Shown here one piece after another: positions 14,430-27,205 of a DNA stretch of 64,000 nt (within the stretch, counting starts at the first letter, position 1; the number at the start of each line of letters is the position of its first letter). The stretch lies in the NCBI RefSeq assembly GCF_009914755.1, contig NC_060942.1. One strand, written 5' to 3'. The notes beneath the pieces were generated by a model that was not told the origin of the DNA, searched no databases, and saw only the letters and a program-made list of their open reading frames with translations. Origin of the DNA: the human T2T-CHM13v2.0 reference genome, Homo sapiens. A program made the translations under genes and the position numbers.

Positions 14430-14900
14430 AAATTAATTTATTATTTCACACAACAAAGCATCCAGAGGTAGGTAGTATGGTGAGCAACTCAGTGGTGTTC
14501 TCAGAAACCCGAGTCTATCAGGAGACTCTGTTTTGCTTATTCGGCATCTCAGCCTCTTTGGCAGGACCACCTCAGGGTACAACATGGCTGCCACCAAGCC
14601 AGCAACCTATGCAGAGGATACCATCCTGAGGCAGAAAGGGGAACTTTAAAACAAATACACCCGTTAAGAAAACCCCTTTCTCTTGTCTTGTTGACCAAAA
14701 TCATATCACTTACCCATTTAAAAACCTGTTGCTGGAATGAAAATGGAACTATCATGATTGACTGAGATTCATTCCTGAGAGAAAAGAGGGCCTCACCCTT
14801 CCCTGAGCACAAGGGGTGGGCCCAAGGAAGGCAACCAACATTTGCCTTCTCAAGAAAACTTGCTGACATCTGCCATGGAGTACTCTGAGACAAGTCAACA
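14430..14900 (-). mobile_element. Old MaLR LTR (MLT1J/K/L-like)
   Basis: aacaaagcatccagaggtagg..caactcagtggtg..caacatggctgccacc..cttgttgaccaaaatcatatcac..atcatgattgactgag. Confidence 0.5.
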
Positions 14901-14914
14901 GGAAAATAACAGTT

Positions 14915-15130
14915 GATGGCAGAGGCTTTGGAATAGATCTGGGTTTGGGTAGCTGCCCTTTCACTTACTGTCCTTGAGACCCAGAACAAGTGACTTGTTC
15001 TCTTTAAAGCAGCTTCTTTGCCTGTAAAATAGGAATAATTTTAGATCCTCTTGAAGATTAATCAAGCCAATGTATGTAAGATATTTAGATTCATGACTGT
15101 TACATTTTAACTACTCAATAAATCGTGGTG
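14915..15130 (+). mobile_element. MIR
   Basis: ggctttggaatagatctgggtttg..cacttactg..caagtgactt..cctgtaaaataggaataat..ctcaataaat. Confidence 0.7.
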
Positions 15131-16648
15131 GTGGGTTGATTCATAATCATCTTTAAAGGGCAGTCCAGTTAATTTGAAAGAGAATTGTTGGCTTGGTCTA
15201 AGAACAAAACGCTTGCCAATAGGAAACATGTTAAAAGTAACTAGACATTAATAGTAAAGTTACTTTAAAAGTTTCAGCTGTCCCCTTTATTCTTACTGAA
15301 ACTGTGAGCTGGGATGGAAGAGTGCAGGATAAGCCTTGGAAGATTCGGCTCTGATCCATTCTGGCATCCTGAATAGAGGCCAAGGCCCGCTTCCCCATGG
15401 CTTCATTGCACTGAGAGGAAAGGCTGGCCTTGCAAACCTTAGTGTCCCACATCCCTCCCAGCTCAGCTGATCTGTGTTCCTGCTTTAGAGTGAGCTGTTA
15501 AGCAGCTTGTAGACAAAGTAGGTGCTTAGAAATAATTTGCATTCATTGCTTTGAATGTTTACTTAAGTAATTCTGCTCCTGCTTTAAAGTATCATCTTAA
15601 TCTAGAATATTCATTAATGCAGAGAAAGGTATTAAAAACGTAGTTTACTTTTGAAGGAATGACAGGAGCAAGAAAACATTTATATAATGAAAACATTATA
15701 TAAGAAGGGATATAAGAAAACATCTACATAAGTAAAATGCTTCTATCTCATATATACTGAGAGTGGCCCTTTATAGTAGTAAGAAAACCAGCTGCCTAAA
15801 GCCTCCTGAGTCTCTGGGTGAAAGTCCCAGCAATATGGCATTGTTACTGTGTTGCTGTAATTTATGTAAATGCGTTGTCAGAGATGAATTAAAACTTATA
15901 GTTGTAAATCTACAAGGACACAGCAGTAACTCACACAGATTTATTACTTGTAGACACGTATATAAGCCTCTGGAATTACTGCCTCTACTGTAGACAGAGG
16001 TTAAAGAAGAAGGCAACAACTTACATGCCATTATACCTATACAGCAGTTTGTCATTCATTGGTAGTGGTATGAATGCAAAATACAGGCATGTGGACTGTC
16101 CTTCACCCAATACAGCCTAATCCACAAATTTCAACAAGAATGCTAGCATCAAAGAAAGAGCATCAAATGAGGAGTCAGAAAATTTGCTTGTATACCCATT
16201 TACTAAGTTTGTTGTTTAACTTCTCTGAGCCCAAGTTTATTAGGGATAAGACAATTTTTTAAAAAACCTGTCAATGTCCCCCAATGTACTCTGCATGGCT
16301 TTTAGTGGTAACCATGCATGCATTCATTGATTTAAGAAACATTTATTGAGTGCTACTATATATCAGACACAAGACTGTATTTTTAGGCTAAAGGAAATAG
16401 TTTCGTCCAACATCCTTATTTTTGCAAAAAGAGTGTGAGAAGAGAAAGGTGAGATGCCTTCTAGAAGTAGGTATGTGAAAGGGCTTTTGAAAATTGCAAA
16501 GCCCAGTCAAGGGAAAATAATCATTAATTGTAATACAAACCCAGTATTTCCTTTATCTGATGATGTATGTGTGTTTAGTTCTCCATGGATGTTTCCATCT
16601 GTCTAGGAGTTCCTTTTATGTAAATTCACTGGGCATTGCCATTTAGCA

Positions 16649-16827
16649 TTGTTCTTTCCAAACCAGGTGACATATCAGAATCATGTAGGAAATTTCAAAA
16701 TAGACTCCTCCTTCCTCAGACGTCCTGAGGTCTTTAATTCAGAATCTTTAATGCAGGGACACAGGTATCTACGTTTCTATAGCATGCCCGCATGTAATTC
16801 TAAGGCAGGCTGGATTTGGAAACTCTG
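16649..16827. mobile_element. MER5A/B-like hAT-Charlie MITE
   Basis: ttccaaacc..catatcagaatca..aattcagaatct..gtaattctaa..tttggaaactctg, with near-palindromic MER5 architecture. Confidence 0.55.
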
Positions 16828-18373
16828 AGTTTACGGAATAAAATAACATACTGTATGAGGAACAAATAATGTGTGAATTAATATTTCAGTCCCCAAGGCC
16901 TATAAAATCAAATAATTTAAAAATAAGGAAAAATCATTTGCTTGAGATCTAGAATCACATAGGCTGAAATGGAACTTTAAGATGAGTGGAATTTGATTTT
17001 TTTATTATTATTGAAAAGGCAATGTAGCAACAGCCTTGAAGAAAGGTTTACAGGGGGAAAACCTATGATATTGCCGCAAACAATGATTTTTGCCTATATA
17101 TGGGTTATTAATATGTATAAGTATAGATATTTGCAGTCTATATACTCCTATATTTGCTTTGAAATATTACCTAAAATCATAACATTTTAGTTAATAGGGT
17201 TTTAGTTATTCCTTTCTACCCATAAATTTCTCTCACTGTCCTGAGCTTAGTTAGGGCTAGGATCCCTAGATTTCTGTGTTATATTTGAGAATTTTCCTGT
17301 GACATTATGCTAAACCACCCAGCCAGAATTTTAAGTCCCTACTGTTGAAGACACATACAGCCTCCTTTTCTCTCAACCAGTGCCCTTTTTGATGTCTTTT
17401 CAGTTCTTCAAATTACAACAGGAGGGAGCCTCTATCTGATAAAATCGCTAATAGAAAATGTGCTTAAGGAAGTCACCAATATCTTGTTAACCCTTTGTAG
17501 CTTTGCTCCGAACAGGGACATTTTCTCCAATTACTCAGATCAACACAGAATTCAGGATGCCCCTATCTCTGGATCTCTGTCACAATTTGGTAGACTGTCT
17601 TCTTTTGCTGCAGTATCCATCAAATAATTTCTAAATTTAACAAATAGTATTTACCACCTACTAGCTACTAGGCTAGTGCTACACACTATTGAAGTAATAT
17701 ATTTCTATTTAATTATTATGAGGCATTATTACTAATGCCTCCTCTATGGAGATAATTAGAAGAACACTTTTAGCTGCCTTACTTTTCCAAGTGGTAAATC
17801 CAGTGAAATTACCAAGATATTAGCCATTTCTATACGTTGGGAAAATACTAAGCATTTAGTTTGTTACTATATCCTTCATGATATACTAAAAGTAATTATG
17901 CACCACGGTTTTATGGTAAAGCAACCAGAGACTTCCTTAACCAGCAGCCATAGCCTTTTTTCTGCCAAAGCCACAGGCCATTCTGAGCTCTCCTCTAAGT
18001 GTCCTCTACCCACAATGGCAATTACACATGCTCCAGAGCAAAAGTAGGGACTCAGGTTAGGCTCTACCAGAGAGCTCTTTTCTGGCTTTAGGTCATGATG
18101 AGACATAGAGGAGGTTCAGGTTGGTTCCTGGGTGCTCCCATTTTAGAGACTTAGATTGTTTGGGAATTCTGAGCTATCCTCTTTCCCTCAGCCATATTTT
18201 TAATACAAAGGGGCTTCTTAGAACAGCCCCTGCAGAGGGACTGTTGATCCCCATCCACAAGCTGTGGCTAGCACCCCCAGATTGCATTTGCATACCAGAC
18301 GCTCTGGCAGTGGTGTGGAGCCGTGTGTAGAAGCCCAAGACATATGGAGTGTGATTTTACAAGGCTGAGCTCG

Positions 18374-19750
18374 TTCATCCACTCATTCATTTAACACATG
18401 TTAGTGAGTAGGTGTGTGTGCTGGGTTCTATGTCAGGCAGTGATGTAGAATGGTTAGCAAGACAGGTAGTGCTGACTACCTTCATGGAGCTTGCAGGCTA
18501 AAGGAGTTAATAAGCAAATAATTAAAGAAACACATTATTACATTTTGCGATAAATACTATGAAGAAAAGTATAAAGTGTGGTGAAAAAGTATGCAACAGG
18601 GAGAACTAAAAGGATGATGTCCAACCTTTGTAAGAAAGTGACATCTAACTCAAAGCTATGTGTAATGAGTAAGGGTTATGGAGACATCAAGTGGATGGGA
18701 GAGAAGAGCATGTGCAAAGGCCCTGAGGTGAGGAAGATCTTAGGGTCCTTGAGGAACTGAATGGAGTGAATGGGAGGAAAGGGAACCTGACACAAGACAG
18801 ACAGATGGGCCACAGCCAGCTCACCAGAGGCCCTCGCCAGTCAGGATGAGGAATTTTGATATTATCCTCAGTGCAGTGAGAAATCATGAAGGGTTCTGAG
18901 CAAGTTACATTATCTGATCTACCCTTTTATAAAGATCATTTTTGCTGCTGTGTGGGGAATGGATTCAGCAAGACAAAAGTAGAAATGGGGAGACTAGTTT
19001 CAGGCTATTCCAGAAGTACTCCAGGTTAGAGATGAGAGTAGCCTTGACCGTTATGAAGACAGTGAAAATTGGGAGAAATGAACCAATTTAAGATAAAGCC
19101 TAAAGGTAAAATTGACTGAACTTGTGATGACTTTGGTATGGTAATTAAGAGAGAATGAAGTTTTGAGGATAATTCACAGTTTTTGGCATGAGGAGCTGAA
19201 TAGATGGGAAACATTGGAAGAGGAGCAATTTGTGGAATAAAGAGTAGAAGAAAATTAATAGTTCAGTTTTTGATGTTAGCTCTGAGATACCTAACAAGTA
19301 TTCAGCTATATACATGTGGAGATGCCAAGTATTTAGCTATATGCATGGCTCTGGAGCACAGACATGTCTGTGCTCGACATAAAAATTTAGATATCATTGG
19401 CTTGTTGATGTATTTAGAGCTATGGCAACAGATAAATGTAGAGTGAGAAGAAAATAGGGCTGGGACAAAGCCCTGAAAAACTTCAGTGTTTAGAGATAAG
19501 ATGGAGAGATGCATCTGGCAACAATGGGAGAGTGGATGGTTTGAAGGCATGAGAAAAGTCAGAATGTGGTGGTGCCATAGATACTCAAAGAGGAGTGTCT
19601 CATGGAAGAAATGCTGCCAAAAGGTCAAGTAAGATAAAAATTATGAGAAGTCCATCAGATTTGGCAACAGAAGGTCACTGGTGACTTTACAAAAGCAAGC
19701 TCTGTGCAGTAGTGAGGTAAAGGCCTGGCAGCAGTGGACTAAGTAGGAAG
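18374..19750 (-). mobile_element. L2 (L2a-like) long fragment
   Basis: Starts at the L2 3' end (ttcattcatttaacacat..ccttcatggagcttgca) and continues through atgtgcaaaggccctgagg and aggtcaagtaagata..gatttggcaaca..ggtcactggtgac. Confidence 0.85.
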
Positions 19751-21509
19751 GCAGGCCAGTTGAGACCTGCTTAGCTTGAAAAGTAAGAGAAGAGATAGAA
19801 GAGAGTTTTGCTTTTTAAGATGTCTGTTGTTACATGTGCTGTAGGATATTTCACTACTACAGGAGAACAACTGACCCATGGTTTACCAAGGTAAAACCCT
19901 CAGTGATAGGGAAGGGTTTAACAAGAGATGTGAAAGATATGATTTTGGATATGCCATGAAAAAAATACTCCGCACATTGTATACTGATCAGTGTTAACAC
20001 TATTATTCTGAACCATTTTAATATCAATTTAATGTTAACCCCCAAAATCCAAGGGGCATTAAGGTCTGTGCTGATGAAAGTAATGAAGGGACCATTGAGA
20101 CAAACCTGAAATCCTAGGTTTGTGCCAAAAGCCCGTATCTGACTTTAAATAGGGCCACTTGTCCAGGGGTTTCAAGGACACACATTACTTTAAAATTTGG
20201 TGGATTTCAAAGGCACCCAGCTTCTGAATATTCTTAAAAGAAATTATGCTTACAGGATTAATGAGCATATCTGTTTTGCCAAGGAGGGAGCATTATTCGT
20301 TTCACAACAAAGGCTTCCTTTTCATATTAGCAAAGGTATCAGAATTGACTCCCACAATTGTTAGAGGCTTTTTCTTCATTTTTGGTGAGGGGTGTAGATT
20401 CAGTTTTGGAATTTTCATCAAGGAAAATTTTCATCAAGGAAATACAAGAAGGCTCATGAGCTTGAGCTATTTTCACATGGTTTAGGCATCTCACTGAAAG
20501 AAGAGCTTCTTTTCTAATTTTTCACCTTTTTCCATGAAGCAGATAGAGAGCTGTTTACTACAGCCTTTGTCTGGGTTTGGCATTGATTTTAAATCACCTG
20601 GATTGATCATGTGGTTATGGGACTTAAAAAAATCCCACCAAATACCAAAGCCTCTAAACACAATTAGAATTGAGGGGTTTTTAATCTGCTAGCATTATGT
20701 CCATAGGAGTACATTCTAAATTATTCTTAACTTCTGCTCATGTTAGGTGAAAATAAAGCACCATGATAATGTGTAGTGTCTGAGGTTCAGCAGATGCTCT
20801 CTAAACATGTAGAAATGTTCCTAGTTTTCAAAATGAGGAAGCATCTAAAATCTATGTCTGTCTTGGAGTATTTCACTGCCTTGGCAGTTTCCTCAGCCAA
20901 TAAGAGAAAAATAGGCAAATCAACCAGCTGTCATGTCACACACTCCTCAGCTGCAGGACAACAGCAGGATTTAGGCAAGCTGATCTCAACCAGATTTGAC
21001 AAAGAGGTGGAAGGTCTAAAATTAAATAGGTCAACACAAATTATCTAATAATAGGTAGGTGTGAAGGGACAACAAGGGGTCCCAGAGGAGAATTGCTTTT
21101 TAAAGACTGTGTATACTCTTGCTTTTCATTTCGGACTTGTCATTGTTAGCAGCATCTGAGTCTGAACCGTCTTATTTGATAATGAAAAGGTTCCTATTTT
21201 TTACTAAATACCTTTAGATTGTTAGTAAAAGTGGCGTTTTCATGAAGTAAATATTTACAAAGCTTCAAACTACTTTAAGAAGCCACCTTTCCTATTTTCA
21301 AGGCAGTAATTTTTCTGTGGCTTGCTATAGTACTCAGTTTTGTTGTCATGGTGACTAGATAATATAACTTTTCAAAAATGGAAACCTGCTTCTAACTATA
21401 TTGCACCAGCCTACCAGTCATAAATGTAGAGTCCAGAGTGGACAATTTATACTCAGTTTCTCTCCTAGTTAAAGTCTAGGTTTACTTTATAGACATCATA
21501 TTTCAATAA

Positions 21510-21540
<31 letters not shown>

Positions 21541-21541
21541 A
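21510..21541. repeat. Compound (CA)n(GA)n microsatellite
   Basis: Directly visible. Confidence 0.95.
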
Positions 21542-24069
21542 ATAAACTCCCTGTCAGTTTCCTAACAGTAAAACATAACCATCAACAAAGAAATTATTTT
21601 TTGATTCATATTCTTACTAGTCAAAAAATGTGTCCCCAGAATAAGTATAATTTTGGAGCATTCTTATGGTAGCATCTTACTAAACAATATAGAACTGTTA
21701 TCCTCAATAGCTGTAAATAATTGTCAGTGAAAAAGGGAAACAAGATAGTCTCTTATCACTAGAATAAACAGATAATATTCCTTTAAAATACAATTAAAAT
21801 GCTATAAGGGATCAGTGATTTGTTTCCTAAATTCACTTACATGCCATTTTACACAATTGCAGTTTTTTCTTTTTTCATTTCTTTTAAATATTGTAACAAT
21901 AGAAACATATTACACTTCTTCCTATGACATATTTGAGGAATGTTTACAGTTATCACAGTCTTGAGCTAGGACACGTCCTAATGCTTAAAGATACTATTTT
22001 ATCCGTTTGAAAAAAAGAAGAAATTTTAATTGTGAAAAATAAGAAATAAACCTTAAAAATTTTCACTGTCCTATTTTCTTCCAGCACCTTTTCTTCATGT
22101 TTCATGAAAGATGGCTTTACATAGTAACTTAGAAATAACACCCAATGATTAACAGAATGATGGATGTGATGAATCACCTTTCTCTTGAGAAATAATAAAT
22201 CAACATATTCCTACCCATAAATTTTTACTGAAATGTATGAAATATTAGCATCATATATTTAGCAAAGTGTCAGTTACAAAAACTGTTGGCAAAATGTCCT
22301 CAGAACCAATAGAATACATTTAAATGTTATGTTCCTTTTTTGGAAACAAAGTTATTCAAATATAATTCACACTTTCTAAAATGTAGCATAGTTTTAGTTC
22401 TTATTTACCCTTCTAATGATAAACATGAGCATGATCTGTTTGAGCACTAGCAATACTAGACACCAAAGTTAACAAAGTAAAATCTCCCAAACTGGAATGT
22501 TTTACTCACAAAAAAACTTGGTTAAACTTTGATTTTAATATTATAAACTAGAATACTTCATAAGACCATGTTTGCCCTTTTTTATATTTAAGTCATTATG
22601 TCTTAATCCCTATTTATGCAGCACTTTTTAAATGAAACCTTCCCCTGGGTTCATTTTTGGGCAGACTTTATATTGAATTGTGTTTGGATTTTTTGGAAGC
22701 CTCTTTGAAGGATGAATTTGTGATTGTTAGTTGCACAACCAGTTTCCTTTATTTTCATTTTGGGGGCGGTTTTCCTACAGCAGCCATAGCGTACTGTGGG
22801 AAGTGGAGCAGGGCAGTGCCCTTCCCTGGCTGTATTGATTTGCCCTTCAGCTGTGTGCAGTGCCGAGAGAACCTCGGGCCTTGTTGTTGATTATCTACAC
22901 AATGTCTCTGGGAGCATTATTGACCCATTGCTGCCGACTGCCTGTGGCTCTTGATTTTTCACACCATCTCCATGACACTCATAATAAAACATACTATCTT
23001 ATTGCTACTCAGCTCTGGGAGCCAACTGATTCAGCCTTAGAACACCACAGTGTTTCTGGAGAACATTTATTGTATGTGGGGTAAAGTGTTGCAGCAATTT
23101 TAGGATTCTGTCCTGTGTACTTTTAATAGCTACTTCTATAGCAAGATTCCACACACTGCTAAATTTTTATTGTCTTAAAAAAGCCAGTGCTAGCTTTGCA
23201 TATATTGTCAACATGAAATTTAGCATGATTAATATAAATATTATACTTTTAAAATAATAGGCTAAGGAAAAGAATATTTTGCATTAACATTAGGCTTGAC
23301 ATGTTGCTATAACATGTATTTTCAAAACCAAATTTTAAAATATATCACAAGGATTATGCTATGATTTGTTACTGTGGTATATATTTGTTATAGTGAATGG
23401 GGAGGAGGTGGGGGAAGTTGAAGTTTCTGATTGTATTTGATTAGTATGTTTCTAATTTGCCATTCTCAAAATGTCTTCCAAGATACATTTTAACTTCTCT
23501 ATATCAAGTACACAAAATCAAGTAAAATCTTTCCTCTTAGTTACCTTGAATTATTTTTTTAATTGAAGCTTTAATCAGTGGAAAATGGGTCTCCTTGAGC
23601 ATGTATTTTTGTTTTATATTGTTTTATATTGGAGGTTTTATATATTTTATTAATTTTTAATTATTTCTGATATATTTCCTAATCCACAATTAGCATTAAC
23701 AGGTATTGTACACTAAGTATTGATGGAAATTATAGCATGTCAAAAGGAGCTCAGAGATCCTAAGAAACAGGCTTTTTCTGTTGGTAGAGTGAATAAAATG
23801 TACATGTTTCTTAAAGAGAGTTTAAATATTTTCATGTATATTAACTGCTGTTACTATAGGAAAGGCAATATAGCTCAAAAAGGGGCAATTACTCTAAATT
23901 TGTGTTGGACATTTTTATAGGAAAGATAGGTCACAAATTAGGTTAATATAATTGGTTGCTTTTTACTGAAGTTGTTTAGAGTGTTTTCATTAGAACAAAA
24001 TTTTCTTTAACAAACCTACTTTAAATAAATTCAGACTTTGGAAATTATAATAGAGCTAATTTCAGCTTC

Positions 24070-24071
<2 letters not shown>

Positions 24072-24118
<47 letters not shown>
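24072..24118. repeat. (TG)23 microsatellite
   Basis: Directly visible, uninterrupted. Confidence 0.97.
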
Positions 24119-24121
<3 letters not shown>

Positions 24122-26112
24122 CATATTCAACTTCATGATTTCCCTGAACTAGGGTCTGTTTCCAAAACATCTACTATAATACTGATAGCGATATGTTCAA
24201 TGATTAGTAGCTCACCACTTTAAGATGTTTAAAATTTTGACCATTTATATCAGTGAATTTTGCAATTTAAGAAAAGGATCTTGCTTTTAAACTGTGGTAT
24301 TATCAAACTACCAACACTTTGACATTTTGAAATGATAATTCCTTTGTTCTGGTTTATGGATTTAGTTTTCATATTTTATCATACTTTGATAGGTTTTATG
24401 TTTGAAGGATACATAGTTTTCTAAATGTATGCTTTTAAAAATGTCAAACCACTATAAAATAAGGATTTTTAAATTAAAGCTTTCAGAAGTGTGGCTTCAG
24501 AGGGTGGGGTGGTATATAGTATAGCCTTAGTGGGCTGCCTCTGGATGACAGATCTGTACAGAACCCCAGACAACAAAGTTGTCCCTAATTTTAATCTAGC
24601 TGCTTCTCAGCTGATTTACTTTCAGTTTATGTCCACTTGATGTAAATAGAACCCAATGACGGGGGAAAATAAAAAAAAAATAAAAATAAAAGGCATTCCA
24701 CTTCTCATCCCTCCAAATTAGTGTTGTTCTATTGAATTAAAAAATTGAATCTCCTCATCATTTTTCATGCCAAATTCATGACATTTTAGGACACAGGATG
24801 AGAGTAGATGCCATTAAACCCTGTAAGTCTCAAGCAGAGGCCTTTTTAAAATCAAGGTCCATAGGCTTAGGCAACAGTTCAGTAACCTTTGGGAAAACCA
24901 CAGGTTGTGTTTTACCTATTGTTATGCAAACATTGTTCTTCCAGAGCTGACCTTTACTCACAGGGATTTAACAGCCATAGTAAGTCAGGGTTTGAATTCT
25001 CTGTGTCTGAGTTGCGGATCAAGTTTACAATAACCATGTTCACAATTGTTTTGAGCGCTTCCACCTGATGGTTTTTGATAGCATGAGGTTTGTGTTCCAC
25101 TTAAGCCTAAGTATTTCAGTGTGTCTTTGGACATTCAGAACCACTTGAAAGTGTACACAAGGATTCCTCTAACTGAGACATAATCATCAGGTATTGCAAA
25201 GGTTAAGCCTTATCATCTGTACCAAAAAAAAAAAAAAAAAAAAGGTGAGGTTTCATCAAAAACTTCCATCCTCACAACCTTTCGACCACAATTTGATGAT
25301 GATTATTGATTATCTCACAGCCTTTCACTCACGCTCTGCCACCGCGGCCAGCCCTGATATACAGATAGGGCTGCAGTCCAGCTAAAATAAGACTCCATCT
25401 TGATAATGGACTGAGATGAGGATACTGTTATTTGATAAAGATAATTGATGTTTCACAGTGAATTGGAAAGCAGCTTCAAGTGCACCATATCTGAAGCTAT
25501 ATTTTGTCCACAAATATGGCAGTTGTTTATAAAAATAGAACAAAAGAACTAAAGTTACGTATTTGGGCATAACCTTTTAAAGCATTTTGGTGCTATGATT
25601 TTTTTTCTTTTGTGCTTGATTATTTTAAGGTGTAATAGAGAAAAAAATAGTAAAGAGTATATCACGTTATTTTTTGTCTCTGGTTTCAGGTTACTTTGTT
25701 AAAATCGTACATGGTGTAGGTGTTATTGATCAGTTCCCTTGCAGACTTAATACTTAAATCCTATGCTTGGATTATGATGAATCACTGTCATGCATAAGCT
25801 GGATATCTTAGGTCAAAGTTAAATTTCATGTTATCATTAATTTCTTGAACATTTTACATACTGTGTGAAAACACAATTTAAATTATTAATCATAAATATC
25901 ATGTCTCCTGGAAAATGTAATTCAAATAATCTGGGAATGCAGACTGGGTTTCTCCTCATTTATTATTAACAAATTTCTCTAAAAATAACATGTAACTCAT
26001 TGTGTCTGTTCATCACGCCTCCTTCAGCCACCAGATTTAAGTTGATTAAGGTATCATTCATCTTAGGTACTGTTCATCCGATTTCTTTTAGTCTTATCAC
26101 CTTCGTAACCCC

Positions 26113-26270
26113 TAATTAAGCAATAAGGCTTGACAGGGAGTATGGTTATCATGAGATAATGACACCCCAAGTGTGTTGTGAGGCATAAGGTTCAGCTGAG
26201 TGCTTCTAAACCTCTAGGGGTGTGATTATCTCATGATAAACATACCACATTGCTGCTCATTGATATCATT
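26113..26270 (+). mobile_element. Ancient hairpin element, Eulor6/Crypton-A-like
   Basis: Begins TAATTAAGCAATAAG. 29-bp inverted arms 26140-26168 and 26217-26245 (27/29 complementary). Loop gttgtgaggcataagg..gctgagtgc resembles the recalled Eulor6 core. Confidence 0.65.
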
Positions 26271-26518
26271 GCTGCCTGTGCGCAGCACTCCAGTTGAGGC
26301 AAAATTGACATTTCCTTGCCCACCTTCTCAGCCAATCCAAATTGGTGCTTCTATAAAATTGTTAGTTCAGGTCTCAGATTTATAAGCCAAAGTTTAAACC
26401 CATAAGCTTTTATTTTATTGTTTAAGTGGTATCAGTTGAACATGCAAGTACATCTTTGAAAAAAATATAAATTTATTTTTTAAAGGTAAGTTTCCTCAGA
26501 AGAAAGACCTCATGGAAG

Positions 26519-26522
<4 letters not shown>

Positions 26523-26562
<40 letters not shown>
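26523..26562. repeat. (GT)20 microsatellite
   Basis: Directly visible. Confidence 0.97.
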
Positions 26563-26565
<3 letters not shown>

Positions 26566-27084
26566 GAGTCGTCGCAATTTTGCAGCAGTTAATAGACCCT
26601 ACTCCAATAAAAAAAATTGGGCATTCTTATAAATTCAGAAGAAGCATGGTTGTGCTTTAATTCAAAAAAAGTTATTAAATAGTTGGAAGTTCTATAGGGA
26701 ATATTAATTGGATGTTTGGTTTAGGAAATTCTTTTTAACTTATTTGCAATTATCACAGTTAATAATAGACCAAGGGAGAGGGGGATGGAGAAAAATGTTA
26801 GTTTTGTAGCCTTGTTTTTGTTCCGGTTTCTTGTAAATTGATTATATTTCAGGGAAGAATAATTTATGTTTTTTTATATTGGCTCTGATTTGGTATTTAA
26901 CAGAAAAATATTGAATTATCTACAGTAATTTTGGTTTGACTCTTAAAGGAGAAAAAGATGCCACCTTTTAGATATAACTCTCAGGAGTATATGTGTGTAT
27001 GGTTTTTTGAAAAAAAAAAAATGGTGAGAATACCATGGCTAATTTTATAATGTTTTCAGCATGAATTTAACTGTGTCTTCTAAA

Positions 27085-27205
27085 GCAACATTATTCATTA
27101 GGACTTTCTGTGATGATAAAAATATTCTGTGTCTGTACTCTCCAGTGTGATAGCCATTAGCCATATGTGGCTAATAAGACTGAGGAGTTGAGTTCTTTGT
27201 TTTAC
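27085..27205 (+). mobile_element. MER3-like hAT-Charlie fragment
   Basis: actttctgtgatgataaaaatattctgtgtctgtactctccagt..tagccattagccatatgtggcta. Confidence 0.7.

Noticed and set aside
14549-14989. 146-aa minus-strand ORF
   Set aside because: Spans an old MaLR LTR and a MIR, with no coding signature.
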